NCBI GenBank assembly: GCA_022813865.1
Contig: JALDZX010000040.1
Location: forward strand, 1 to 64,000
DNA length: 64,000 bases
Direction of reading: 5' to 3'
Source: Xylographa opegraphella
Taxonomy: Eukaryota
In this document: positions 23,225-37,586 of the stretch, piece after piece
How the letters are laid out: each line of letters starts with the position of its first letter
Position numbering within the stretch: the first letter of the stretch is position 1
Made by a program: the position numbers and the translations under genes
Notes under the pieces: model-generated
Seen by the model: the letters and a program-made list of their open reading frames with translations, nothing else
Databases searched by the model: none
What the model was told of the DNA's origin: nothing

Positions 23225-26200
23225 ATGTTTTCGCGCAGGAGAGCGCAATCGAACCCGGTACGCAGTGAACTCCCTCTACCCATGAACAAATGTGGGAAGC
23301 TAAACTAACATTCTGATCATCCAGCCTCAGAAGACCACTCCGACAGCAGCTGCAGCAACCGCCGCCGCGCAGGCGTTCCTTGCCAATCGTGCCTCCAATG
23401 CAAATTTATCTTCCGCTGCAGCTGCGGCAGCCCTTCGCACTCATGCCAGCACACCGACTCCTGTCAGTGATGTACAAACAAAGCGAATGCTTCAGAGGCA
23501 AAGCTCAATTTCCTCTAACGGTAGCGCTCCTGGAAAAGCTGGCCGACCTGGTGGCCTATTACGACAGACTAGTTCGGGGTCAATGACAGAAAGAACATTC
23601 CGTGAGCCATCACCTGCTCGACGACCCCAATCGCGAGCAAGAGAAGACGTACCACCACCAATGCCGCCTATGCCGGCTCGTTTGAAAGCTCATATATCAC
23701 CCCCTCCTTTACCAGCTAAATCTGAACGGCGACCTGCCAGTGTCGAGCCGCCTGAACGCATGGGCTCACCTCCCCCAAAGCTTCCTGGTGGGCGAGGGGT
23801 GAGTCTTGACAGAGGACCGGGGGTGCTTCCAGGTAGACTGAAGAAAGTGACCGGTCAACGAAACTCCAGCCTTATCAACGTCCCGGAAATCGAGCGGCCG
23901 AGTAGCAGAGCTTCAATCAACTATTCACGACCTATGAGCCCTCAGAGCACCTCTCCCACGTCCCCGTTGCCAGCATCTCATTCTTCAAAATTAGCCGACA
24001 CGTCGGTCCCAACTCAGAAGAAATCTGGACTGAGTTCAGTCCTCACAGAAGCGGAAGTGGAGAATATACAGTACTTGTTACGCGACAGAGCCGGAAGCCC
24101 GGTCAACAAAAAAAAGAAGAACATAGTGCCGGCTATTGTTGAAGGTAGCCATCTTTCGAATGGGACGTCTGGTATAAAGCCGACTGGCACCGCACTCCGA
24201 AATAACTCGCAGGGACAAGCAACATCAGCTTCGTCGACTCCATCGTCGACAACCACGCCACTTGCAAATCAGCCCGACGACGCAAGTGAGTTGATAACGA
24301 AAAAGCAGAAAAATTCCGGCACCACACAAAGGCGAGGTTCACAAGGCTATGGCTCAGACTCTGATACCGCTTCGGAACAAAGCTATACTTCAGACCGCCC
24401 ACGCAGCTTTAACACGAGAGCTGCAGGACAACTGATGAAGCAGCCATCTATTGTTCGGGAGGATCGAGAAGCCGAAGAGCATGAGGAGCGCGTTAGTTCC
24501 CCATTTCGAGAGGTTTCAAGTCCCCCGAAAACTGCAAAAGCTACAACCGCAATGTCGACTAAATCCTCAATATCGAACCCATCAGCGACCTTGGAACCAG
24601 CGCCACTGGCATCTACAGCCGAATCCACCCTTACTCCCGATCATATAAGCCAGGCCGAATCTGGCACGCCCAAACGCTCGTCCCTAAGCCCCGCCAGAGC
24701 CGCTCACTTTTCATCTCAGCCTGTTGTCGAATCACTAGAGGGACTGAAGCATCAGCCTTCAGGTCGCTCGGTTTCCCCAGCTAAATCCGCTCTCAAGCAT
24801 TCACCGTCACCTAGAGGTCCTTCGCCGGCTGGTCCAGTCATTGGTGGCTGGAACCGGTCTGGGCAAGCACCAAGTGAGGCCTCAGATACAACTTCAGTAG
24901 TATCCGATGATGGATATAGATCCATGCCCAAGAAGAAGAAGAACGTGAGAGTCAGCTTTGACGACGACCCAACAGTCGTTGGCCGGTCCGCCACCCCGCC
25001 TTCAAGTCTTGAATCACCTATAATGTTCAGTCCACAAAGTAAAGACAATGCAAAGCGAGGCTGGTTTGGTATAGGTCGCGACAAAAAGAGAGAACTTGCC
25101 CCTGGCGACGATGAGAAGGACGACGTTATGAAGCCGATACCAACATTGCCTTCATTCGGCAGTGTAAGACCCCGAAAAGACACGGAAGGTGGAGCCAGTC
25201 TAGAACAATCGATAACTTCGGCATCTGGTGATGAAGTTACTCGAATTCATCAGGCATTGACCAATACCGGAACATCAAGTGACGCTGCAGTTGGAGGAAT
25301 ACTCGCGCGCGCGATTGAGCAAAAGCCCAACGGAACAGCATTTGGTCGATCTACCAACGATCCAATTCCACCCGAAGTGACTTCTGTTGAGGGTACGGGC
25401 TATAACTCGGATACTGATGGCAGTACTTATAGTAATCACGATACGACTAGGGACCTATCTCAATCATCCACAATTAGGAAAGCGGTGACTGAACCGAAAG
25501 ACATTGACCAATCTCCTGAAGATTTTATCCCACATATATCTATCCAGCCTGCCACCCCTGGTATTGAAGAGTCGTCTCAACCCAAAGGAGGGTATCTTGG
25601 AATGCCAGGTGGTTTTCCAGGATCGAATGAGAATTTCGAAAAATCAAGACCAACTGCAGCACACGAAGAGGACGGCAAGTACGTCGATCAAACACCGTCT
25701 AGTATGGGGATTTCTGAGCCTGAGCCCGAAGCCGTTGCTGCCTACCACGATCCAGCATCTCCAATCATGGGCGAAGTATCACATAGTTTAAGGCAGCAAA
25801 CAGAGATTTACGGAGACGATGCATCTGATGATACTGGTGGAAGTATTTACAGCGATGCTCCAGAAGACTTGTCCGATCTGGACGGTGATGGCTTCGGTTC
25901 TATCAATGCGATTGTGGAAAGTCCTAATGTATCGACATTCCAACATTCTGCACAACAATCGCCCATCGTACTAAACGGTCAAAGACAACCCCCGACTATG
26001 GAAGGCGAGCCGGCTGAACCTAGGTCAGAAGAGGGATGGGACAAAGCACAGGCATATTGGTCTGGACTAAGCCAGAGCCGAAAGTCACAAATCGAGCATG
26101 CAGCGTCTTCGCCAGTCGTTCTTCCTATGGCTGCAGAAAAGAAGCCAAAGCCGACGAAGAAGAAAACCGTGACATCAAAGGCTGCTTCGACTTCTGGTCA

Positions 26201-27704
26201 ACCTCAGCTTCCATCTTTGAAAACTTACAGCCTTGATCAAGAACCGGACAATACAAGTCCGCAATTAAAAAAGTCCCTCCGTGATCGTCCCAATAGCGTA
26301 GCAGATGCACCTCATCTTAGGTCTTCAATGCGAGATGCTGGCCCTCAGAAGTCTTCGTCGAAGCAGAATAGTGTACGAAGTGGAGTACCGTCGATTGGCT
26401 CTCCAGAGCCTAAGGGCACATTACAGAAAAAACTTCGACCCGTTTCGGCTGTAGCGATGGTCGATTACAACAAAGCACAAAGTGGAATTCTTCATACGAG
26501 GCTTCCTTCTGACGAAGTTCCACTTAAGCCTCTGACGCCTGTGAAAGCTCGGTCTGCGATAAAGCCTGCAGCCACAATGTTCAACTCCCGTCGCCGAATG
26601 TCGAACGGAAGCGACTCTTCGAGCAGTTTTAAGAAATCTCGTCCTGTGGCTTCCGACAGCGGCCGATATACTATGAAACGAAGCATGCGAGCGTCTTCAG
26701 TGGACGAAAGGCCTAGGGCTTCTGTTAATCATTCCAGTCGTTTCAGTGTTCGATCTGCATCGCCTACTGGTTCCACGGCTCGGGCTCCTTTTAGCTCAGC
26801 AGGCGTGAGTATGCGATCCTCGATGCGGGGTTCGACGGACCTAGCTAAGTCGAGAGACTCGAAGTCACCGTCGAGGTCCTTTGGCTTCGGAAGAAGCTCC
26901 AAATCGAAGCCTTCCACCGGGAAAACCGGATCGCGTTTCTCTAGCCGCTATGGTAATTCGAGTGACGAAGAAGATGGGCCGACTTCGTATCAAAGTCGCT
27001 TCGTAGATTCGAGCGACGACGAGGAACCAGCAAAGCTTCCTCCGGGCATGGCTCCTGTACGCGGTATACCAAAGCGGATTGACGAAGGAGATTCGACTGA
27101 TTTGGAAGACAGCGCGGATGAACGTATTCCACAGGGGGGAAAGCGGGTTACATCCCCACCTTCAATGAAGGCTCTTGAAGGAGCCGCGCTGGCATCCGGA
27201 TCGTTACGATCCAATGGCGCCGGACGTGATCTATCAAAGTCGGCAGATATGGGTACTCGATTTCAAGCAACAAAAGCGACCGAGAAAGACAAAAAGAAAC
27301 GATCTTTCTTCGGGAGTCTGGGAAGGAAGAAGGATGACTCCAAGATTTTCAAGGCGGATGTGGAAAGCGCAGCTCGTCGGGATACCCCATTGGAACGGAG
27401 TAAGGCGGAACGAATGCTTGCTCCAGAGGTTTTGGCGCAATCACCGAGGAGCCCTAAGCTTCAACGACGGAACACACCAAAGAGATATGCTTCAGACTCA
27501 TGGCCGTTGCCCGAAAGTCCCGCGCCGGCTCCTATAAACAACAGACCTCAGACATCCGACGGATTCGCGGCCGGTGCAAGGCCAAACCTTGGAACACGTC
27601 AATCCACAGCTCAGAGTACCGCAACGAATGGGGTGGTACTCGGAAAGAATGGCAAGAAAAAGAGGTTTCCTATGCTGAGGAAGGCGTTTGGTTTGCATGA
27701 TTGA
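23225..27704 (+). CDS. Large low-complexity Seg1/Sle1-like eisosome-associated protein
   Basis: Exon 23225-23257 (MFSRRRAQSNP), intron 23258-23323, then PQKTTPTAAAATAAAQAFLA..LSSAAAAAALR into the 1405-aa ORF. Polybasic amphipathic C-terminus GKKKRFPMLRKAFGLHD. The Seg1 identity is inferred from the terminal motifs. Confidence 0.7.
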
Positions 27705-28903
27705 AAGCAAGAGTGAACACATTTAAGATATCCATTGAGATTTTGCATTCGTGCCGTATGCAGGAGATCTAAGGCGACTCGAGGGCATACTTTGATTGCA
27801 CACATACTACGGCGTTCATGCAAGAATGGGATTACTTGCCCGGCTGTTTCCAACCATATTACTGTTTAATTAATAATATCAACTCGTTTGCCTCAGAATA
27901 GCGATTTCTAGAGAAGAACAGTTGCTCGCCCTTGATATTAGTATATGCGTCAAAGTAAATGGCGTGCCTGTAATAGCTTGTTTAACACTTGCGAGTGATA
28001 TAACCGTCTGTATCGCACATGAACATACAGATGAACCCTTTCCTCAAATCCCTCTAATCTCAGATTCTCAATAGACAATCCGAGGGCTTCATCCTCAGAA
28101 AGCCGACTCCAAATGCATTCGATGTCCTTTGCGGATCAACATTCAACGATTTCGTTTACCCCAGAACTCAGAAACGTGAATGTGGTGTTGGACATCCAAT
28201 TCCAGGTAGACGTTTGCTTCAAATTGTAGGACCCAGTGAGCATTCAAGAAGCCACCTTGGACATACTATCGAGTATCTGCGGCTTTCTCCGCGCTCAAGG
28301 TCCTTTCCTTTGCACAAAGCTCGGTACTGTCCAAGGTGGTCAAGCGCCACAACGATACGCAAAACATATGGAAGCACAGTGACTCTGAGGTTTCATTTTC
28401 ATGGTTTGGTGGATGCTAGTGTTTGATGCAGTCATGCTGCTTTTGACATCGCCCCGCCAATTTCGAATAGTTTGTGTGATCGTGCTATGGCAGTGTAGGC
28501 TATATTTACCCAGTAACTGCGTTCTACAAAAGCTCACAGAAAGACAGGCGTTTATAAGCAGTGTTCCTCAGGCGGCATTGCCTGCACTCCTAGATAAGTA
28601 TAACTACTCGGTAGTCCAAACTTTTCGCACTTTGTTACAGAACTTTGAGTTTGATGTGTCGTCAAATTACTCAATCCAGCAAAAAGCATGGTGGTTTACT
28701 TGGAGAGGCAAGGATATGTCTAGTGGCTGCTAGAATAACACGGAGTAGACCAAACACTGAAACCTTGTGGATAAGGACACAGGAAACCCGTATGAGGCAC
28801 CTAGTGTGACGAAGAGATCACAACTTCTTCATTCCCAAGACCGTGTACCAACCATTTTTCTTTATCAATTTCAAGTCTGCACGTGGTGCCCGTCACCGAA
28901 CAG

Positions 28904-28987
28904 GGTACTTTGAGTCGTATACGATAATCCTATCCCCTAGAAAGAGGTACTTTGATTCGTATACGATAGTCCTATCCCCTAGAAAGA
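28904..28987. repeat. 42-bp tandem duplication, each unit containing palindrome TCGTATACGA
   Basis: ggtactttgagtcgtatacgataatcctatcccctagaaaga x2 with 2 mismatches. Confidence 0.9.
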
Positions 28988-29483
28988 TTGTGGTATATCT
29001 TCCTGGACTGTGGTAGTGAAAAAGTAGTTGACACTCGAATAGTCTTCCAAAGCCTCACGGTGAATCCCGAAATGAAGCTGATCTTTAAGCAATGGTTGTG
29101 AATACAGAAGTACGCTGCTGTGCGGATCACCAGTCTAGGACGTGGGCATAATGATATATGCTGCATGCGAAAGGTTGGTTCTTGCGAAATGAAGAACATA
29201 CATGTCCCAAAACCAGACTTCAATTGTGCTTCATGATTTGTACGTCAAGGAAACAGAATTCAGGCGCTATCGAACTACTGCGGGAGGATGACTAGTCGGA
29301 AGACAACCAACCAATGAGATGCCTCGGCGCAGAACGGTGCATCATTGTCATGTTGATCACTGATCTTGTCGAGATGCATTGTTCAGTCTTGCCTCGCATT
29401 TTACTGAATGCTCATGATATCGACGACAACCCCGCGTGAACTATTGACTCGTACGAAGGCGTCGGAGGCTATAGTTAAATGTC

Positions 29484-31915
29484 ATGGCGACTGCAGCTTC
29501 CCCTTCCTCGACCATGTCCAGCAGACCTACCTATTCTTGCATCCGTTGCGCTGATCGAAAAGTCAAGTGTGACCGCCAAAGGCCATGTAGTGCTTGCGTC
29601 AAGCACAACGCTGACTGCGTCTTCAACCCTACGCAGCCACCTCGGAAGAGACACCGGCGTACCAAAGATCAGATCTTGACCGATCAACTTAAGCATTATG
29701 AAGCGCTGCTTCAAAAGCAAGGCATTGATCCAAGCAAGCCACCAAATTCTTCTGACTCCAAGTCACGCCGTAGATCGAGTCACTCGGTATCAGTGATTCC
29801 GGAAGAGGTTCAATTACAGACTCCTTCATCCATCGAGTCGGAGCCAAGCCAATGTATCAACCACACACACATAGTACATGCCCAAGGGCGCTCCAAGCTG
29901 GTCGACAAGTGAGTTCTATGACCAGTCCCCGTGGCTAGCCGCTGATGGCTGTGCAGTAGCCTATGGGCCAGAATGGTAGAAGAGGTGCGTTGCCCGAGTT
30001 AAGCTTCATACCTGAACCGGAACGCTCACACAGGAACTACCACTAACAGCACGATTAGTTCCACGAACCCGAGGATGCTTTGGAGAGCGACTCAAGTGAT
30101 TCGAGCGACATAGACACATCAGACAATGAGTTCAGTTTTGTGCTCAGCAGTCGAGCAAAGTCTAACACAAGGTCTCGCCACCCGCCACCCGAACGTATAC
30201 ATCAGTTATGGCAAATATTCATAGAGAATGTCGATCCTATGACGAAGATCGTGCACGTTCCGACCTTACGACCCGCGATACAGAAAGCCGCAAGCAACAT
30301 CGCAACTATACCACGAAGCTTCGAGGCTCTCCTGTTTTCTATCTACTGTGCGGCCGTCATGACCTTGCACAAGGACGAGTGCGAACAAAGACTGGGTGAG
30401 CCCCGTAAAACCCTATTATCACGATATATCTCCGCCACAAAAGCGGCACTGTTACGAGCCAAGTTTATGGGAACCATCAGCCTCGTCGTCCTTCAAGCAT
30501 TGGTTCTGTTCATCATCTCCGTCCGAGACATCTATGAGCCACGTACTGTTTGGTCGTTGACCGGCGTGGCTGTTCGTATTGCACAAAGCATGGGCCTTGA
30601 GCGCGACGGGGCCAAGTTAAACCTGCCTCCATTTGAAACTGAGATGCGGCGACGTCTTTGGTGGCTGCTCAAGACCCACGACTTCCGTGCCGCTGAGCTT
30701 TGTGGCCTCGTCAAACTTCGAGATCTTAATGTGGATGACGAGAGCACGAAGTATCCGACCAATCTTAACGATGATCAGCTCTATCCAGGCATGCCCTCGT
30801 TCGTGGCTGAGTCAAATACGTTGACGGATTCTGTCTTCGTTGCGGTGAGATATGAGATTTTAAACTTTGCTGCGCGCCGTGTTGCCAAATTCCGTCAAGA
30901 AGGAAAGACTCCCAGTCAATGGAACCTCAATGTGTCAGGAAGCGACAAAGCAGACATGGATGAAGCTTTTAGGGACGTTGAAGAAGTTATCGAAACGAAG
31001 TACCTACGCTACTGTGACCCTTCACAGCCGTTGCAGCTCTTGACGATGGTGGTAGCCCGGTTTGCCATGAACGTTATTCGCTTCCTCTCACATCACCCGC
31101 GAAGATGGTCCAGCATAGAGCAGACACCACTTTCTGAGCGTGAATGGGTTTGGCAAGTCAGTATTAAGCTTCTGGAGCAGCATAATATGTTGCAGTCCAG
31201 TCCCCAACTCAAGCGATTCACGTGGCATGCAGCATATTTCCAGCAATGGCACGCTTTCATCCACGTGCTCGATACTCTCCGAGCCAAGCCGCTCATAGCA
31301 GATGCGGAAAAAGCATGGCAACTTATTGGAGATAAATACAAGAACACTCCAGACATGGTTCTCGATACCAAAAAGCCCATTCATGTAGCCGTGGGCAATC
31401 TCTGCTTGAAAGCATACAATGATCGTGAAGCTGAGCTCGAACGGGCAAACATATGTGCTCCGGCAACTCCGGCATTTATAGCGCAGCTACGACAACAACG
31501 TGAGATGGCAAAGGCAAAAAGGCAAGCGCGAGAGGCGAAGAGCAGTCGCCCTGAGATTCCAGTCAGCCATGACCTGACAGGCGATCAAGGAGTGGGATTC
31601 AGACCACATGGCGGTACGCTTCACGCGAGCGATACTCTGGACTCTGTGGATCTTCAGCAGAGTACAACCTCACATGGAGGGAATGTTACGCAAACCGACG
31701 TAACCATCGAAGGCGATCCATACTGGTTAATCACCGGTTTGGATGACAGCCATGTTGACAACTTAAATAATGCTATGGATATGGACCTGGGATTTATACT
31801 GGCTCAGGATCCCATGGTGGATGACAACGATACTCAGACTATCACTTGGGAACAATGGGACACTTGGCTGGCCAACTCCAATTTGATGCCTATGTTATCA
31901 TCAGCACAGGGCTAA
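29484..31915 (+). CDS. Zn(II)2Cys6 fungal transcription factor
   Basis: SCIRCADRKVKCDRQRPCSACVKHNADC cluster; fungal TF domain (NVDPMTKIVHVPT, AVRIAQSMGLERDG, EMRRRLWW). Two introns and a micro-exon around 29909-30058. Confidence 0.95.
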
Positions 31916-32871
31916 AATATGGGCACCTGACTTCGACATAGCCTTATTGAGCGGATGAAACGAGGTTGCATATACGAAAATGGAACAGGAAGGTCTTGTC
32001 ACGCACATATCCGGACCATCACATTTCGCACTTGCTAAAGTAAGCTTGAATGTTATCATGGAAGGATACTCAACTAAGTTCTCCATCATTCACCGGATGA
32101 ACCGAGTGGGAGTGAGGGGGGCACTCTTACGTGGAGGATTTATTCGTTGTTGCTCTTATTGATGGAGTGTTGCGATGAGGCTTACGGTCTAGCACCTGTG
32201 AACTGAGATATGGTCCAGGACTGGAAAGCTGTGTGGAGAGCTGTGATTAACTCCACAATCCTGTTGGGTAGCACAGGATTCGATTGCCAGAGATATCTGT
32301 ACATTCAGCTCTCGCATTATTGTACATTGTTACCTGTTACGTACCGTTGTTGAATCCGGGCATGAGATATCTTCGGCATCGGTACTACTACTACCCGATC
32401 CCAGAGCACTCATTGAGCCTTACCTAGCGTGTCCGAGATCCTGGTGACATACGGTACTGGGTACTGTGTTGTACTCCGTGCCATAGTACTTGGTTTTAGC
32501 GCCCGCCGAACCCTGCGCCAATCATCGCCCCGTTGCTAGGGCAGGGGTTAAGAGATGCGCCGCGTATCTTAGAATAAACATTGGAGGCGCAGCTGGACAT
32601 GAAAATAGGTAGGTATCCCTCTGCTGTGGTTATGGGAAGCCTGGCATGCCTCTTGGAAAGCTACTCCATCCCTCCTGCAAAGATTTCACTTGGCCTTGTA
32701 CTAACACTTTCAACAACTGGCGAGAGACGCTCTTCCTTGCTCACAATAATACTCCCCCTCATCAGATTGATTCAGCTACCGCTGAGTTCGAAGTCGTTTC
32801 TGTTCCCTTCATCGTTCGCGCATTGTTCTTGGGCTACATCAACCAGGGAAATATAGAAAATAGCAGCTTTT

Positions 32872-35104
32872 ATGTCTCCGCCGCCGGATCGGACATATTC
32901 GTTTGACAACAACGACGAGGCGTCCTTATCTCACAACGTCCAAGATCACTATGTGTCTTATCATCAGACATATCATGACCGTCCATCCTACTATAATGGA
33001 GCCACACCATCTGCGACATACGCTGCCTACAGACCCAGAGACGAGACTCCTCCGCCACTTCCGATACATCGAGTCCAGCCTCGGTTTTGTTCCGAGTGCT
33101 ATCAGACACACTACTTGGGGGCATGCCCAAGTCGGGGATCCTACAGGGACGAAGGAAACCCGTTCGTAGACTCCGACCAGGACACTCAACCTGCACACGG
33201 CCTTGCGCACACGACATCGATGCGGACTGCCTCCACTTCGACACCTGGCATGGATAATTTAGGTAGCACGGCTGCAGGAGGGGGCATCGCTGGCATTGCG
33301 CTCGGTGTTGCAAATACAAATGAGAGAGACAGTGGATTGCAAGCATCGAGAGCGCTCGATGACGATTCCGCAATGCGATACGTATCGCCGCCTGAACGAA
33401 ATTATGATACGCTCGGTACAGACACTCCTTACATCCCTGAACCGCCCCATAATCTGCGGCCCTTCGATCATAACAATAATTCCGCCTCGTCAACAGTGCC
33501 GCTTGGCTCTACAATGAATCCGAGTAATCAATTTCTGCCACGCCCATACCAAGATGCTGGTACAGTGTATCCAGATGACTACGCACACCATGGTGGCGTT
33601 AATCTTGCTTCCTCTAGGAGCAATAATGGATTTCGAGGTTACACCTCACCTTGGAATTCCAGAGTGGTGGAAGACGATATACATCCAGATGATATTGAGG
33701 ACGATGGTGACGATGGCATAACTGTGCCAGCAGCTGGTGGAAGGTCAACACTGCACGGTGCTGGTGCTGGTGGCGTTCTTGGGGGACTGGGAAACATGGT
33801 CAGCAGAAAAGCTGCCGGTGGTGTGCTTACACCCAGTGGAAACTACAGGCAAGTGGCTGCTCAAGCATATGACAGCAGCAGCGCAGAGAAGAGTGAATGG
33901 CTTCAAGCTCAAACTTCAAGCACCAAGAGATTACGATGGATCATAGGTGTCCTTGTCGCGATCGTTCTCATAGCGGGTATTGTAGGTGGCGTCATCGGAG
34001 GCGTGAGGGCTTCTCACAACTCCAGTGCGGCTAAATCGAACGGCGGTGGAGAGTCAGCGGCTCAGGACGACGGAGCTGGCGATTTGGATGCTAATTCCGC
34101 AGAAATCAAGGCGCTTCTCGGGAATCCCAATCTTCATCGGGTCTTTCCAGGGATCGATTATACTCCTTACAACGCCCAATATCCAGCATGCCTCGCAAAC
34201 CCTCCCAGTCAGAACAACGTTACCAGAGACATGGCTATGTTATCACAGCTTACCAAGACAGTTCGACTTTATGGAACAGACTGCAATCAGACCGAGATGG
34301 TGTTACACTCGATTAACAAATTAGGTCTAACAGACATGAAAGTATGGCTTGCCGTCTGGTTAGATAACAATGCAACAACAAATGCACGTGGACTTGCTGC
34401 GATGCAGGATCTTTTACACACCAATGGAGCGGATCCGTTCGCTGGTGTTATTGTCGGCAATGAAGTGCTGTTCCGTAAAGACATGACATCCGCCCAGCTT
34501 ATCAAGGTCGTTACAGATATCAAAAGCAACTTCACGGCCAAGTCGATCAACTTACGCGTGGCCGTAGCAGACCTAGGAGATGATTGGACGGCCGCTCTAG
34601 TCGACAGCGTGGACGTTGTTATGAGCAATATTCATCCCTTCTTCGGTGGAGTTGCAGCGGCTGAAGCGGCTGGCTGGACATGGGATTTCTGGCAGAACAA
34701 TGATGTCACCCTAACCAAAGGAACGAGTAAGAAAAGCATCATATCAGAAACAGGATGGCCGTCCGCAGGAGGTAATGATTGTGGCGCGGTAAACTGCACC
34801 AGCAGTACGCAAGGAAGTATAGCAGGAATCGACGAAATGAACACGTTCATGGCGAACTTTGTTTGCCAGAGTTTGGCCAATGGGACCGACTACTTTTGGT
34901 AAGTTGTACCAAGGCATGCTATCCTGTCCGGAGCGCGATACTAACGGTCCCCACCACTTCAGGTTTGAAGCGTTCGACGAGCCGTGGAAAGTGACCTTCA
35001 ACACGGCAGGCAAGGAATGGGAGGACAAATGGGGATTAATGGACTCGGCTCGGAATCTTAAAAGCGGCGTTACCATCCCTGACTGCGGAGGCCGAACGGT
35101 ATAG
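32872..35104 (+). CDS. btgC: Membrane-anchored glucan endo-1,3-beta-glucosidase, GH17 BtgC
   Basis: Long disordered N-terminus, TM ([22 protein letters not shown]), [51 protein letters not shown] across one intron. Confidence 0.92.
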
Positions 35105-35753
35105 ATCTCGAGCAGTGCCGCATGGTGCGAATCCTTATTATGTACAGCTTGTGATGAGTTTCTGAATAGCATGGAGGGCCTCGACATTGGCGCATCATCG
35201 CATAATATTGAATAGGTATTTAAGAAGGGAGCATTCCCAGGTGGCATTTTTGGAGCATAGCGCGAACGGAGTTCTGGGTAGCCCCTTTGTGGATGCTATC
35301 GGAGTCTGCTTGCATCTGTCAATTTCAAACGAACATGAAGAGAGAGCAGGTCTAGTCGCACAATCACCTAGGCTTGCTGGTAATATACCTTATCTATTAT
35401 CAGATGCAAATTCGATCCAAACTTCCAGCCATAAAGACCCTAGCAACGGTCCGAAGGGAACCGCCAGGCGTGACCCCGCAAGGGCCCGACGTAGCTCATA
35501 ATGCATATTGCATTCTACCCCACATCATAGGTACAGAAAGAGGATCCTATTTGTAGGACTGAATTTTCTGATTGTATATAGCTAGCGACCTGGAACTACT
35601 TGAGCTCGTAGATCATTCACAGTGTTACGACCTCCATGTCATTCCGCCACCGCAGCACACCTCGACGTTCGAAGCAATAAACGTACTTCCATTCATATAT
35701 TACACTCGTCTCGGCAGTCACCAGCACCAGCACCTCCCACCGACCAGCGAACT

Positions 35754-36492
35754 ATGCCCAGCGTCAAATCTTTCCGCGAGCTCTTGGGCGTGTCGCCCTC
35801 CGGCGCTTCCACGTCCGACTCGACACTCGTGATCATCGACGCGCAGCAAGAATACGCCTCCGGGCTCCTGCAGGTCTCCAATACCTCGTCCTCCTGCGCA
35901 GCCATCAAATCGCTCTTGGAGAAGTACAGAGCCGCGGGCGGGGGGATCGTGCATGTCCACCACGAGACGCCCGAGGGCGCTCCCGTCTTTACGCCGGGGA
36001 AAGCGGTTTCCGAGCCGATGAAGGGTCTGGAGCCCCAGAAGGGGGAGAAGGTGATCTGGAAGCAACATCCGGGGTCGTTTGCGGGGACGGATTTGCAGGA
36101 GTGGTTGGATGGGAAGAGTGTGAAGAAGGTGGTTCTTGTTGGGTATATGGTAAGCCTCCGTTTCGGGCAGGATCGTTCGTGGACAAAGTGGTTGCGTTCG
36201 GATCTGGCAAGACTTGTGCGGAGTACCGGAGTGCGTGGTCACTGATCGAGGTTGCAGGCCCACGTATGTGTCTCGACGACTGCGAGACAGGCGTCCGAGG
36301 TGGGTTATGATGTTGTCCTTGTGGAGGACGGAATCGGCGATAGGGACATTCCGGGGATCAGTGGAGACGAGGTCTCGAAGGCAAGTGTGCGCTGACCGTG
36401 GGATACATGATGCTAACACCCCATAGACCGTACTTTTGGAGCTTGCCGATGCATTTGGCTCCGTAGTGAGGAGTGAGGAGATCAAGGGGTAG
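35754..36492 (+). CDS. Isochorismatase-family cysteine hydrolase
   Basis: [33 protein letters not shown]. Introns 36150-36257 (GT-AG) and 36381-36426 (GC-AG). Confidence 0.92.
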
Positions 36493-36601
36493 TATGTAGC
36501 TCGGGTGACAATCGAACCTTTCTTGTAACATATTACTCACGCAGGTATCTCTGCCGAAGTTAGATAAAGTCTCTGTGACGTTACTGACCAGTTCTATATC
36601 A

Positions 36602-37586
36602 CTAGTTCAAAGAATCGTCTTCTGTCGGGTCAGGCTTCCAGTATATAGTCAAGTCGTTCAACCCTATTTGCGAGCTGCCCGTGGATCTTGGTAGTGTGAA
36701 ACTTGTCCTTGATTTGATGAAGTTCCGAAGAACAGTTTCACCACCTTCCTGCGAGTAGCCATAGTCTCCATTCGGGTACTGCTCTCTGAAGACTGTTAGT
36801 AAAGGTAGGGATTTCATATGGCATCTCAGGGACGCACCGGTCGCGTAAATGCTGCCCGATGTCATTGGTAATCACCAGGACCGGGTCCGTTGTCTGGAGT
36901 GCAGATATGAGAGAGGTCCAGATCGCGAACGGTGCGTAAAGGAAGGTGGAGGAGGTGATGTACTTCAAAGCTGTTGGCCGCGGCAGAACGGAGTAGCCTC
37001 TCGAACGGAGGACCTTTTCATCCAAGTCGTTGAAGCATGGATCCTGAAAGTAGACTTTGTTGATACCGTGTTTCGGCCCTGCGTAGATGTAAGTAAGTGA
37101 TTTCGTGTCTCGTCCTTGGAGTCGTCTCCAAACATGGGACCGTATACCTAGAAACTGTAGCATGGCTTCCAATGCCAAAAGCTGGTGCATCGATGCCCCT
37201 GGACGGCCGTGGAAGTCATCCGTCGTGAAACTACCCAGTGCGAGACACACGCAAGAGGATATGTCCAGGTTTCCATGCTTCGACAGCTGCCTGGTGAAGA
37301 CGGCCTTGATATCGGTAGAGGAGGTCGAATCCGTCCACCTGCGAGCAGTGGTAGCAAGCAATTGCTTCATCTTGTCTTCTGTCAGTCCTCTACGCACGAT
37401 ACTCTTAGGAATTCGTTCTTCATCCTCCTCGGTACCGTGCAGAGATGGCATTACCAGACCTGGGGGATGGGTATGGCGGAAATCGTGGTGGTTGGATCCT
37501 CTGGTAACGTGTGTCCAGCCATCATCACCTTCGATATTTCGATGTTTCTGGATCGATCGATTTTTTTTCCGTGCGGTATGAGGCAT
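36602..37586 (-). CDS. SRR1-domain protein
   Basis: DDGWTHVT, CVCLALGSF, SMHQLLAL, VYFQDPCFNDLDEKVL..GYSVL, STFLYAPF, C-terminal LTIYW. Two introns. Confidence 0.85.
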
